The notes below the pieces were generated by a model. That model searched no databases and was not told the DNA's origin. It was given only the letters and a program-made list of their open reading frames with translations. 64,000 bases of DNA from the IMG/VR virus record IMGVR_UViG_3300009158_000042, one strand, 5' to 3'. This document shows positions 38,043 through 46,702 of this stretch, piece by piece (position 1 is the stretch's first letter; the number at the start of each line of letters is the position of its first letter). Source of the DNA: an uncultured virus (IMG/VR IMGVR_UViG_3300009158_000042). Lineage: Duplodnaviria > Heunggongvirae > Uroviricota > Caudoviricetes. The position numbers were made by a program, and so were the translations under genes.

Positions 38043-39068
38043 TTAGATAGACGACAAGAGGAAATGTTGCGACTTCAGCTTAGCTCTTGTCACCCATGAG
38101 TTCGAATCCATTGATGCGAGCGCGCGTTCACGTATGGACGCGTCACGGTAATGGTCAAGGTATTCACCGATTGCGTTAACAGCAGACCACCCGTTGTACC
38201 CGTAGCCTTTTGCGTTGTTCTGGTTTTCGTAGACTCCACGAACAAGTGACATTACGTTGTCATGGTTCTTCTTCTGTCTCTCCGTGGCCCCTGAATCAAT
38301 AGGAAATGTAGCGATAAGTAAGTCATTGAGAAGCTTAGAGCGTGGTGCTACCGGAATGGCCAACAAACGTTCTGCCGTCTGCGTGAATTGGCGTGCCCAT
38401 TCGTTAGAGATGTTGAGTACTTCGTTAGCCTCTTCCATTACTCTGTCAGCGTTGCGTGTGTGGCGAGCAGTAAACACCCGTTTGGCACCCGTGATGCCTG
38501 CGGTCACTGTGTTCTTGCAAACGGCTCTAATTGATGTATTCGCAAAGGTGATAGCGGTCTTGCCATCGTGACCATTGTGTACAAGTAGGTAACGAGCAAT
38601 CTCATCATTAATACCCTTTGGGTCAATAACGAGAGCGCCTAGGTCTATGGATGAGAAGAACTCTCTGCCACCATTAAGCACTCCACAAGTATCAACAACG
38701 GCATCACCAGATGAAGCGCCGGCTATGGCAAGGGCGTAATCAAGACATTCACGGTTCTGCTGCACCACATACCGTGTGCCTACCGTAGCCAATCCATCAA
38801 AGGTTCCATTCGGGTTGACTCTTACCGTGGCTCTACTGTCAGGAACTAGGACAGGCGTACCATCGGAGTTGCGAATAGGTTCACCATTGTCATCGCACAC
38901 AGCAACACGCGTGGTCACTACATCAAAATCTGCCTGAGCAGCGGTAAGCATTGCTTCGGCGGTTTGGAGTCCCTTCATAGGGGTTCCGAGTCTGTGCCAA
39001 GGGATTTCTCTATCAGCAAAAGCCATTCGTGCTGTGCCGTCTGATTCGATTTCTAGTTGATGAGCCAT
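38043..39068 (-). CDS. DUF932 / LGT_TIGR03299-like phage-plasmid protein
   Basis: MAHQLE...PWHRLG...YVVQQN...NGHDG...RAVCKNT...RHT motifs. Confidence 0.85.
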   Translation of the reverse strand: MAHQLEIESDGTARMAFADREIPWHRLGTPMKGLQTAEAMLTAAQADFDVVTTRVAVCDDNGEPIRNSDGTPVLVPDSRATVRVNPNGTFDGLATVGTRYVVQQNRECLDYALAIAGASSGDAVVDTCGVLNGGREFFSSIDLGALVIDPKGINDEIARYLLVHNGHDGKTAITFANTSIRAVCKNTVTAGITGAKRVFTARHTRNADRVMEEANEVLNISNEWARQFTQTAERLLAIPVAPRSKLLNDLLIATFPIDSGATERQKKNHDNVMSLVRGVYENQNNAKGYGYNGWSAVNAIGEYLDHYRDASIRERALASMDSNSWVTRAKLKSQHFLLSSI

Positions 39069-39140
39069 AACGTGTCCGTCTCTCTATATGTTTAGATAAA
39101 TCTATCTGAATGAAGTTTACACAACAGGGACGTCTGTGGT

Positions 39141-39207
39141 GTTTAATCCTCGAGTTTAGAAATGTTTAGTCCTCGAGTTTAGAAATGTTTAGTCCTCGGA
39201 TTTAGAA
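39141..39207. repeat. Tandem 23-bp repeat, about 3 copies
   Basis: gtttartcctcgagtttagaaat at 39141 and 39164, degenerate copy at 39187. Confidence 0.85.
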
Positions 39208-39533
39208 GAGGAACGCCTGTATGGGTAGGCGGGGTGATTGCGCTTGGCTGATTGCTTAGCATCCTCAACTTCGTTATAGATAACAAGGCCTCCTAGCGTT
39301 GCGCCTATGGTGCCTACTAGCAACAACACTATACCCGTGGCTACTTTCATGAAGTCAGCCATTGCGTAACCAAGCACTATCGAGAAGATACCAAGTGCAG
39401 GCAATGCGATAAGCATTATCCCTACTATGTGAAACACGGTGTATGGGTCGATGCCGTTCTTTACTGACGAGTTCATATCGTCAATCCAATCGATAAACCT
39501 ATCGAACGAATGGCGTGTGTCAATGTCTTTCAT
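39189..39533 (-). CDS. Hypothetical membrane protein
   Basis: Two TM helices; RBS aaggag. Confidence 0.6.
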   Translation of the reverse strand: MKDIDTRHSFDRFIDWIDDMNSSVKNGIDPYTVFHIVGIMLIALPALGIFSIVLGYAMADFMKVATGIVLLLVGTIGATLGGLVIYNEVEDAKQSAKRNHPAYPYRRSSSKSED

Positions 39534-39635
39534 GATTCTCCTTATTTTCATCATCACTGTACAGCATCCTAATAGATAAGCTATGCTTTCACTATGCCAG
39601 TACTTTACGGTCACCCAGAAAAAAGCGAGAGAACT

Positions 39636-39881
39636 ATGAGTTCATATGTAGAGCAATACGCTAAATGGTTTGACATGCATGATATGGACTTCGAAGCAAC
39701 CAATCGCTCAGGGGTATGGGTAGTGAGTGCATGGAGTAGAGGCATGGCATCATCACTAGACGATGTGCCATGGGGGCAGAGCGGTCAATGTGACTCCCTT
39801 AATGAAGCACTACTGTATTGCTACATGGACACCAAAGAGTGGATGCGTAAGTACAGAGGTACTACGTCACCCGTGGCATAA
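39636..39881 (+). CDS. Hypothetical protein
   Basis: ORF track. Confidence 0.5.
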   Translation: MSSYVEQYAKWFDMHDMDFEATNRSGVWVVSAWSRGMASSLDDVPWGQSGQCDSLNEALLYCYMDTKEWMRKYRGTTSPVA

Positions 39882-39890
39882 GAAATCGGA

Positions 39891-40292
39891 CTAACCGTTC
39901 GCCTCAGGCTGGTCGTCATGCCACACGCCATCAGGCCACGATGACTGGGTATGGACGCCATACTCAAATCGACCGAACAGTTCAGTGCCTCGCCAAGCGT
40001 GCCTACAGCACGGCTCTTCACCATCTTCTCTTGACACCACATGACACGATGGTCCTACCGTCTCTCCCAATAGAGGGAATACGGCAAGGAACTTCGCAAC
40101 ACAGTCATGACACATAATCCACTGACGAGGACGTCTATCGCCTAGTAGTACAGGCATGTTGTCATCGAAGCCACCATAGTAACCAAAGGTGTCGAAGGGT
40201 AAGACCCAACCATTATCAGGGTACAACTCCTGTTGAGTGCATGGTACTGATGTATGGCATGCTGAACAGAGCACTGTGTTTGTTGTGGTCAT
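39891..40292 (-). CDS. Hypothetical Cys-rich protein
   Basis: CSAC...GYYGGFDD...CHDC. Confidence 0.6.
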   Translation of the reverse strand: MTTTNTVLCSACHTSVPCTQQELYPDNGWVLPFDTFGYYGGFDDNMPVLLGDRRPRQWIMCHDCVAKFLAVFPLLGETVGPSCHVVSREDGEEPCCRHAWRGTELFGRFEYGVHTQSSWPDGVWHDDQPEANG

Positions 40293-40311
40293 GATGTGGG
40301 TACTTATCTAT

Positions 40312-40563
40312 CTAGTGTCTATGCACGGGGGTTGATGAATCTTTGCGCCACTTCATCATGTTGTAGGCATGTGTTATCCACCACATGAGGGACATGGCTA
40401 TGAAGCCGGGCTTATCATGACTGATGCTGTACACAAACCATGGCACGCTATGTAGTAGGACAATCAACCATCCCCACCAATGCAGGCGTCCAACGGCGAA
40501 CATGCCACATACACCTACTATCTCCATTGCGAAGAGGAACCAAGTCCATCCTGTATCACCCAT
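40312..40563 (-). CDS. Small multi-pass membrane protein
   Basis: Three Trp-rich hydrophobic helices. Confidence 0.6.
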   Translation of the reverse strand: MGDTGWTWFLFAMEIVGVCGMFAVGRLHWWGWLIVLLHSVPWFVYSISHDKPGFIAMSLMWWITHAYNMMKWRKDSSTPVHRH

Positions 40564-40756
40564 GGCTACCCGTGGCTGTTGCGTCGATGTTTGAGCGAGA
40601 GGGTCTAAGGGCTTCGACCACCTGAATGAGCAACGTCATTAGGTGTTGGTCGGCATAAGGGTGAGGGGGATTAGTACCTAACGTCCTCTTGTGTTCATTG
40701 ATGAAGGTGTCAAGAGCGTCGTGTTGACTACCTGATGAGGCATGTGTGGTATTCAT
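40556..40756 (-). CDS. Hypothetical protein
   Basis: Directly after promoter copy 40765. Confidence 0.5.
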   Translation of the reverse strand: MNTTHASSGSQHDALDTFINEHKRTLGTNPPHPYADQHLMTLLIQVVEALRPSRSNIDATATGSHG

Positions 40757-40814
40757 TGACTGTGATACTACACCAATAGGTACAGACCTACACGGGGGTC
40801 GTCAAGAAAGGCGA

Positions 40815-41195
40815 TTACTTGATGAAGCCATTAGACGTCATCCTTATCAGTGATGAGTAAGCGAACTGCCTTCGCTCGGTCACTTCTCTCAACGCCCTCT
40901 CTCTGTATGCCTTATCCATTAGGGCGAAGGACGTTTCAGAGATGTGTATGTCGAGCTCTCTCTCTGCGTCAAGCATGAGCGAGTTGAGGCTGAACTGTCC
41001 ATCGGCTGTCATAGGGGTGACGTTGTGTTCAGCACAGGCATCAAAGACCTTAGTCATAAAGAGAGAGGCGAGATGCCAACGAGTCAACTCCTCGTGCTTA
41101 GAGGGGTGCTTCTTCTGTTTACCACGTCCTACTAAGTAGGAAGCGATGGTCTTAGAGAGAGACGATGTGTCAACGTAGAAGGCGATAGGTGTCAT
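40815..41195 (-). CDS. Hypothetical protein
   Basis: ORF track. Confidence 0.5.
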   Translation of the reverse strand: MTPIAFYVDTSSLSKTIASYLVGRGKQKKHPSKHEELTRWHLASLFMTKVFDACAEHNVTPMTADGQFSLNSLMLDAERELDIHISETSFALMDKAYRERALREVTERRQFAYSSLIRMTSNGFIK

Positions 41196-42273
41196 GAGAT
41201 AGGCACTCTATCACTACTAGGGGTATCGGTCCCTGTTATCGCATCGGGTCATCGTGTATGTGGATGAGGTGATGTGTGTGCAAAAGCGTACCTATTAGGC
41301 ACGCTTCTACACGATGTGAGGGTATGGAGGTGAAGGATGAGGGAGGGGAGGGTGAGATGGGGTTGAGGTACGGGGGTACATAGAGGGGGACTTATCTATC
41401 TCAACACCCGTAGCCACCCGTAGCCTTGCGAAACGTGTTGGGTCAAGGTGACGAGGGCGAGGGGGTAAGCGATGAAGGGGTGTGATGGTTACCTCATTAG
41501 ACAAGGGGTACGTACCCCTATCTCCATACGGTGTCATCCTTCGTTGCCCCTGCCTCGGGCGTTACTGATAGCACATCAACGAACGAACCATGTGACAACA
41601 AGTCGTGCACCAACATGATTGCTTCAGCTTCTGACGTTGGTCTCTCAAGGTCATTGCGTTTACGTATTGCGATAGTCAATCGGTATGTATCACTCATGCG
41701 TTACACCATACACTCTTAAGCATTGCGGATACGGCATGCGCTTGGGCGTGTGTAACACAAGGTATGTGACGAATGATGTGTGTGCCTGAGGGGTGCGATA
41801 ACCACACCTCTACTGATGTGTCTATTACATTGATGAGCATTACGTTGTGTGTCATCACGAGTGTTGTGAGGTCATCATCACTATCAATCATGCTGTCAAT
41901 CGTTGGAGTATTTATTGTCATAAGAGTAAAGTACTCTAAGGGTGTATCACGGGTGATACAACACGAAGTGACGAATGATTGTCATGAGGTGATGTGGTTG
42001 GTATCGTCTCTCACCATGCTTGACACAACCATCGTCTCATTCGTCCTCGTCACGGCGTGCGCTGTAGCCATGGTGGTGGGGCTGAGGTCACTCAAATAAA
42101 AAATGTGTATAGGGTGCACTCCCTGTGGTGGGAGGCCCTAGTGAGCCCCGCAAACTTTATCGGTATCCCGTACCCGGGTGGGTAGCTACAAATCAAAAAA
42201 TAGAGCTGGCTGTTGTTTGTTTAAATTTATCCAAAGTTATGTGTCGTGCTTGTCTTTATGATGGTGGTACGAT

Positions 42274-42498
42274 GTGCTGATGTTTGATGGTCCTGTGAAG
42301 CCTGCGTATTTGGCGTTTGTGGCCGGCGTCGATGAGGCGTTTGTAAGTTCGGGTCTACGATATGGGCAGGTGTACTTCAATCGGTTGTGTGAGGTGGTTC
42401 CAGAGGCTGCTGAGAGGCTCAGGGGGACCAGTAGTGACCCCTTCTATTCTGATGAGGTGTCTGATATCACTCATGAGCTTGTTGAACTATTTTTTTAA
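42274..42498 (+). CDS. Hypothetical protein
   Basis: LRYGQVYFN...DPFY pattern seen in phage small proteins. Confidence 0.55.
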   Translation: MLMFDGPVKPAYLAFVAGVDEAFVSSGLRYGQVYFNRLCEVVPEAAERLRGTSSDPFYSDEVSDITHELVELFF

Positions 42499-42941
42499 TT
42501 TGTTTGTTTTTTATTAGTTGTTTAGATATTGTTTCTGGCATGTTCTGGTTATGGTTCTCCTTGTTTGTTCTCTGGGTGTGGTTCGTCACCGCAGACCAGT
42601 AATTGTTACTCCTTACACTGTTTTGTAACCCTTATTGATATTTCCGCAGGTATTGCGTGGATGGCTCATTTGAAAGTGCCGGCGATGAACTTCCCTGAGC
42701 TTTTTGGACCCCCTCTAAATATCAACAAACGGGGCATTACTGGGATAAATTTACCCAAATTCTAAAAATTTTTTTGAAGGTTTCTAACCCTTTACTAGTA
42801 AGGCTTTCAGAGCCATATTTGGGGTCTCGCGGGGGTGGGGGTGCCCGCTCCGCAGGTGGTGACTGTATAATAGTTGGTACCCCGAACGAGGGCGCTCGCA
42901 TACTACAAGAGCTTATTATCCGCCTATGACAGGAGAAATCA

Positions 42942-43943
42942 TTGTCTAAGTACCGTCGTTTCCTAACATCCCTTTTAATTACATCTTGCGTTTCCGTAAG
43001 TGTTGTTGACGCTGCGGGCGTCAAGACTGGGGGTGATAGTTCAACAACGAGTACCTCAGCGGTTTCCGTAATCAACCCTGCTGTGCAGAACAAGGTGAAC
43101 GTGATGGCTGTCAGCACAATGCATCCCGAACTAGTGGTTCAGCTACGTTCTAAAAAGGGTGGTTCCATCAAGTTCTGGGAGGCTGTCTCCTGGTGTGAGA
43201 CTAACCACAACTGGGAAAACGGTGGATATTTCTCTGGCGGTTTGGGAATGGCTCAGTCTGTCTGGGAGGGATATGGCGGACGTCAGTTTGCTTCCCGTCC
43301 ACCTAAGGCAACCAAGGAAGAGCAGATTATTGTTGCGAACCGTATGGCGTTTTTTGGATATCAAACAAGAAATGTATTTCGTACGCTTGATGACAAGCTG
43401 AACAACAGGCCTTTCTTTCGCCCAGCCGTTGGTTGGCGTAACTCTAGTAACTGGGGTAGGACATGTGTTAACTGGAAGACCCGCAAACCTACGCGAGATA
43501 GATACACCGAAGCCGGAATGACTGAGTGGTTAAAGACGCGCCCTAGTAGTGAAACAAAGAGTTCTGTTCCCTCGGGAAGCGTTAGTAAATCAAGCGTGTC
43601 ATCCACGGTTAGTCACTCAAGTGACAAAACTAAAAGGTGCCCCAAATGGGAAGCTCAGTTACGCGCAAATGGCCTTGTTCCAGTAGATAGGTTTTCTTAT
43701 ATTATGTGGCGTGAAAGTAGATGCACCGAAAAGGTTGTGTCTAAATTAAACAGTAACGGCACAAGAGATTACGGCTTACTGCAGATTAATAGCTCATGGA
43801 AAACAGTGACTGCACAAGTGTGCGGTTCTAAGTTTGGCGACCTAAAAGTGTTGTTGAATAGCAAGTGCAATTTAAAGGTTGCTCGTTACTTGTTTAATAA
43901 CGGTGGGGCTCATCACTGGGCTAGTAATTCAGGCAGTAACTAA
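42942..43943 (+). CDS. Secreted Rpf-type transglycosylase fused to an SLT/lysozyme-like domain
   Basis: Signal peptide; WEAVSWCE...GYFSGGLG...WEGYGG...ATKEEQIIVA (Rpf core); C-terminal WRESRC...DYGLLQIN. Confidence 0.8.
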   Translation: MSKYRRFLTSLLITSCVSVSVVDAAGVKTGGDSSTTSTSAVSVINPAVQNKVNVMAVSTMHPELVVQLRSKKGGSIKFWEAVSWCETNHNWENGGYFSGGLGMAQSVWEGYGGRQFASRPPKATKEEQIIVANRMAFFGYQTRNVFRTLDDKLNNRPFFRPAVGWRNSSNWGRTCVNWKTRKPTRDRYTEAGMTEWLKTRPSSETKSSVPSGSVSKSSVSSTVSHSSDKTKRCPKWEAQLRANGLVPVDRFSYIMWRESRCTEKVVSKLNSNGTRDYGLLQINSSWKTVTAQVCGSKFGDLKVLLNSKCNLKVARYLFNNGGAHHWASNSGSN

Positions 43944-43986
43944 ATACATAAAGACATGTTGATTCAGGATAAATTTATCTGAATAC

Positions 43987-44190
43987 TTATTGTTTGTTTC
44001 TAGTTAGTTCTAGGCCCATGGAGTGAGCGAAAGCTCTAGCTTCATCGGGGGAAATAAAAGAACCAGCTCTATATGAGGTTCCATTACGCAACCTCAGCAG
44101 AATCCATTCATCTACATCAGCAAGCTTCATTACGTGAAACGAATCTTCGCCTTTTATTTTTATTCCATCTGAAGAGAAGTCGTAAGACAT
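43987..44190 (-). CDS. Hypothetical protein
   Basis: ORF track. Confidence 0.5.
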   Translation of the reverse strand: MSYDFSSDGIKIKGEDSFHVMKLADVDEWILLRLRNGTSYRAGSFISPDEARAFAHSMGLELTRNKQ

Positions 44191-44193
44191 TTG

Positions 44194-44490
44194 TTATTTT
44201 TCCTTGGAGAGGATAAATTCAGCTAAAAAAGCGGCAGCGTCTGCTATCTCTGCTGGTTCTGGGTCGTGTAATAAAACATTAGACAGGTGAGACGCTAGTG
44301 TATCCGCATCACGGAGAGCGTCGTTTAGCGCAGTGCGCGCCTCAATAAGCTCTAGCTTTAAGCTGAACGCACGAGACTCTGCATCTCTTAGTGCTTTTTG
44401 TTCAGGACTGCTTGGTACTGAGTGTAAATTTTCCAAATTTGTCTCGGCTGATTGTTTCATCTTTTTTTGCCATTTCTTCATATCTATCAA
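44194..44490 (-). CDS. Hypothetical protein
   Basis: ORF track. Confidence 0.5.
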   Translation of the reverse strand: MIDMKKWQKKMKQSAETNLENLHSVPSSPEQKALRDAESRAFSLKLELIEARTALNDALRDADTLASHLSNVLLHDPEPAEIADAAAFLAEFILSKEK

Positions 44491-44609
44491 GCGTCCAAAA
44501 GACCCTATGCCAATTCTTCATGCTTGAAGAATCATCTTCCAATACCTTTATAGCATGAGCAAGTTGGTGCGCAATAGCTTTCCAGTCTTGGCCCTGTATG
44601 TTTTGGTTA

Positions 44610-44837
44610 TTAACTATGGTTGTCATTAGATTCGCCTGTTTTTTCTGCTTCAATCCAGACCCTGGCCCCACATTTATCTGGAGTTTCTGACTGGACTACC
44701 GTTGCTGCAACATTATTACAATGTGGACATACTATGTCAAGCGTTCTCTGATGCTTTGAACCCTTGTATGTTCTATCAATGATTGCAGCAAGACCTTTTT
44801 TAATGTTTTGCTGATGAACGTGAATGATGTGTTTCAT
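44610..44837 (-). CDS. Hypothetical phage protein
   Basis: IHVHQQ...CGARVWIE pattern. Confidence 0.6.
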   Translation of the reverse strand: MKHIIHVHQQNIKKGLAAIIDRTYKGSKHQRTLDIVCPHCNNVAATVVQSETPDKCGARVWIEAEKTGESNDNHS

Positions 44838-45028
44838 TCTTCGTCAGCGTAATCTTCTAGATTACAAATGATTCTTTCTTTCTCTTCCTCTGTCATGAGT
44901 AAAGACTTATCACTCACTTTGTAAACCCACTCACCATCTTCTCGCATGTAGATGTCAAGAAGTCCAGCTTTGACCATTAAGCCAAGGTCCCTTGCAAGCT
45001 CTTCTTTTCTATAAGTCTCATCACTCAT
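44834..45028 (-). CDS. Hypothetical protein
   Basis: RBS aagga; resembles 3979-4212. Confidence 0.55.
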   Translation of the reverse strand: MSDETYRKEELARDLGLMVKAGLLDIYMREDGEWVYKVSDKSLLMTEEEKERIICNLEDYADEE

Positions 45029-45055
45029 TTGTTTATTCCTTTTTATTACTATTAG

Positions 45056-45129
45056 TGGGCCCTCTGGGACTTGAACCCAGGACTGACGGATTATGAGTCC
45101 GGCGCTCTAACCAACTGAGCTAAGGGCCC
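45056..45129 (-). tRNA. tRNA with CAU anticodon, most likely tRNA-Ile2 (lysidine type)
   Basis: GGGCCCT acceptor stem, TAGCTCAGTTGGTTAGAGC D-arm, loop CTCATAA, GGTTCAAGTCC T-arm; body resembles the Ile2 class rather than the initiator. Confidence 0.85.
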
Positions 45130-45143
45130 GTATTTTTTCTTAG

Positions 45144-45216
45144 TGGGCTAGACGGGGATTGAACCCGCGACCGCCATTTTATAAGAATGGTGCTCTTACC
45201 GCTGAGCTACTAACCC
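45144..45216 (-). tRNA. tRNA-Ile (UAU anticodon)
   Basis: GGGTTAG/CTAGCCC acceptor stem, anticodon arm CCATT-CTTATAA-AATGG, GGTTCAATCC T-arm. Confidence 0.85.
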
Positions 45217-45222
45217 TAAAGG

Positions 45223-45561
45223 TTAGCTGTATATTCGCCAAGTGGTATTCGTTTCGGGGTCACTATTTCCATCCCAGTAGGTTGGTATTTCTCCGAGAAT
45301 AGTAGCTGCGTTATGTATGTCTAAGTCCATTTTGGGCAGCTCTGTGTCTAGCTCAGCAAGCCATCCAGCGGCAAAATAATCTTCTGACCGTGCAGACATT
45401 ACTTCCGGCATCCATGTTTTTATGATTTTTGTTAATTGCAAATTTTCTGCATTAGCTTGCGAAAGTTTCTCCTCAAGAAAATGACAATGGTCAACCCAAA
45501 ACTTGAGAGCTCTACGTTCTTCTATCCGTTTTTGTGCTGGCGGAAGGTCGGGCATTTCCAT
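45223..45561 (-). CDS. Hypothetical protein
   Basis: ORF track. Confidence 0.55.
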   Translation of the reverse strand: MEMPDLPPAQKRIEERRALKFWVDHCHFLEEKLSQANAENLQLTKIIKTWMPEVMSARSEDYFAAGWLAELDTELPKMDLDIHNAATILGEIPTYWDGNSDPETNTTWRIYS

Positions 45562-45562
45562 T

Positions 45563-45904
45563 TTATTTTTGCTCCATATTTGAAATGGCTTTATTCATTC
45601 CGTCAACTATCTTGGCCTTCGATAGGCCGGAAGAAGTTTGTACTTTGTCAACGAAATTACCGTCTTTAAAAACTAGTAGCGCAGGTATCGACCTGATTTC
45701 AAATCTTGCTGCTAATTCAGGAAACGCGTCTACGTCAACCTTCGCAATAGAGAAAGAGTCATTCATTTCTCCTGAGAGCTCGTCAATAATCGGCGCAATC
45801 ATTTTGCACGGTCCGCACCATTCGGCCCAGAAGTCAATAAGTACTGGATTTGTTGATGATTTAACAAATTCATCAAAAGTTTCGGAAGTTAGCTGAATAG
45901 TCAT
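45563..45904 (-). CDS. trxA: Thioredoxin
   Basis: DFWAEWCGPCKMIAP active site, SIP cis-Pro. Confidence 0.95.
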   Translation of the reverse strand: MTIQLTSETFDEFVKSSTNPVLIDFWAEWCGPCKMIAPIIDELSGEMNDSFSIAKVDVDAFPELAARFEIRSIPALLVFKDGNFVDKVQTSSGLSKAKIVDGMNKAISNMEQK

Positions 45905-45934
45905 ATTGCTCCAATTTTTCTAATAGTGTAGGTG

Positions 45935-46387
45935 CTAATCATACTGAGGGTTAGTTAACAAATCAACTACGTCGGTTTCCATTATCAGAAAACCTTTTGC
46001 TGGGTTATCTGAACCACCGAAGTTTCGTTTCGTTGCATCGCTGTATTTGTTTTTGTTAGACCGTAGATAATTTTTAAGGCGAGAAACGGAAATTACAACG
46101 AACGCATTGTCTGGCGAGTATACGTAAACCCACCACTTTGCAGTAGTCACGTTTATTCCACTTTTGACCCACACTGGGGTGCCCTCGGAATCCTTAATTC
46201 CACGTGGATTTTGTTCTGTCTCAACAACCATCCGGCCGTTTCTGTATCTATCAGATTTAACCTCAAAAGCTCCACCGGATAGAGCGTCTAAAAAACCTTT
46301 TATGGTTTCTTCGCCGGCTTCGCCGAACTTTAAGTCTTTTACAAAGTCAAAAGTTCTTCCTGGTATGTCGAACTCTTTAGATGTCAT
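45935..46387 (-). CDS. Hypothetical protein, possible PD-(D/E)XK nuclease fold
   Basis: GE...FEVKSD...SGINVTTAKWW. Confidence 0.5.
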   Translation of the reverse strand: MTSKEFDIPGRTFDFVKDLKFGEAGEETIKGFLDALSGGAFEVKSDRYRNGRMVVETEQNPRGIKDSEGTPVWVKSGINVTTAKWWVYVYSPDNAFVVISVSRLKNYLRSNKNKYSDATKRNFGGSDNPAKGFLIMETDVVDLLTNPQYD

Positions 46388-46391
46388 TTTT

Positions 46392-46640
46392 CTACTCTAC
46401 AAAGTCAGAAGGATTTTGCAAAGATATTCTAACGAATATTTCTTTTGAGACTTCATTAAAGTCAATAACTTCCAGCCCCATGGACTCGACCAACCTTTCG
46501 GCTAGGTCTTCAATAGAGAACTTGAGTTCGGCACCAGCTATGGTATCTATCTTGTTGAAGTCCGTGAATATGAGAATAGTGTCCACTATCTGGTCGATTA
46601 TTGCCAGTCTGGCTTCATGGGAAAATTTATTCTCTGTCAT
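46392..46640 (-). CDS. Hypothetical protein
   Basis: ORF track. Confidence 0.5.
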   Translation of the reverse strand: MTENKFSHEARLAIIDQIVDTILIFTDFNKIDTIAGAELKFSIEDLAERLVESMGLEVIDFNEVSKEIFVRISLQNPSDFVE

Positions 46641-46702
46641 GTTGACATCCTACACCCATGCCGATAATGTGTACATCAGTCCCTAGTATGGAGGAAAGAA
46701 AT

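Larger units (their letters stand above)
14535..40793. promoter_or_regulatory. Repeated phage promoter NNGTAG-(G/T)T(C/T)(T/C)GTACCT-N7-TANNNT, 21 copies
   Basis: Each copy is 29 bp. Minus strand: 14535, 16657, 17618, 19085, 20512, 21045, 21998, 22823, 24287, 25500, 26275, 40765. Plus strand: 26544, 27327, 29273, 30215, 30795, 31300, 31677, 32219, 32814. The hexamers are always 17 bp apart and sit just upstream of a start codon. Confidence 0.85.
11702..41400. repeat. Dispersed asymmetric motif AATAGATAAGT(C) / (G)ACTTATCTATT, about 65 copies
   Basis: Counted by eye from 11702 to 41389, plus one at 4840; mostly oriented with local transcription; none seen beyond 41.4 kb. Confidence 0.95.

Noticed and set aside
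39141..39207. 23-bp tandem repeat as iterons or CRISPR
   Set aside because: Only about 3 contiguous copies without spacers; best explained as local duplication of a gene end
11702..41400. 12-mer as DnaA box or parS
   Set aside because: Shares only TTATC with TTATCCACA, is not a 16-bp palindrome, and is dispersed rather than clustered at one origin
42869..42941. c-di-AMP (ydaO) riboswitch ahead of the rpf-like gene
   Set aside because: Leader is too short and I could not match the conserved aptamer motifs
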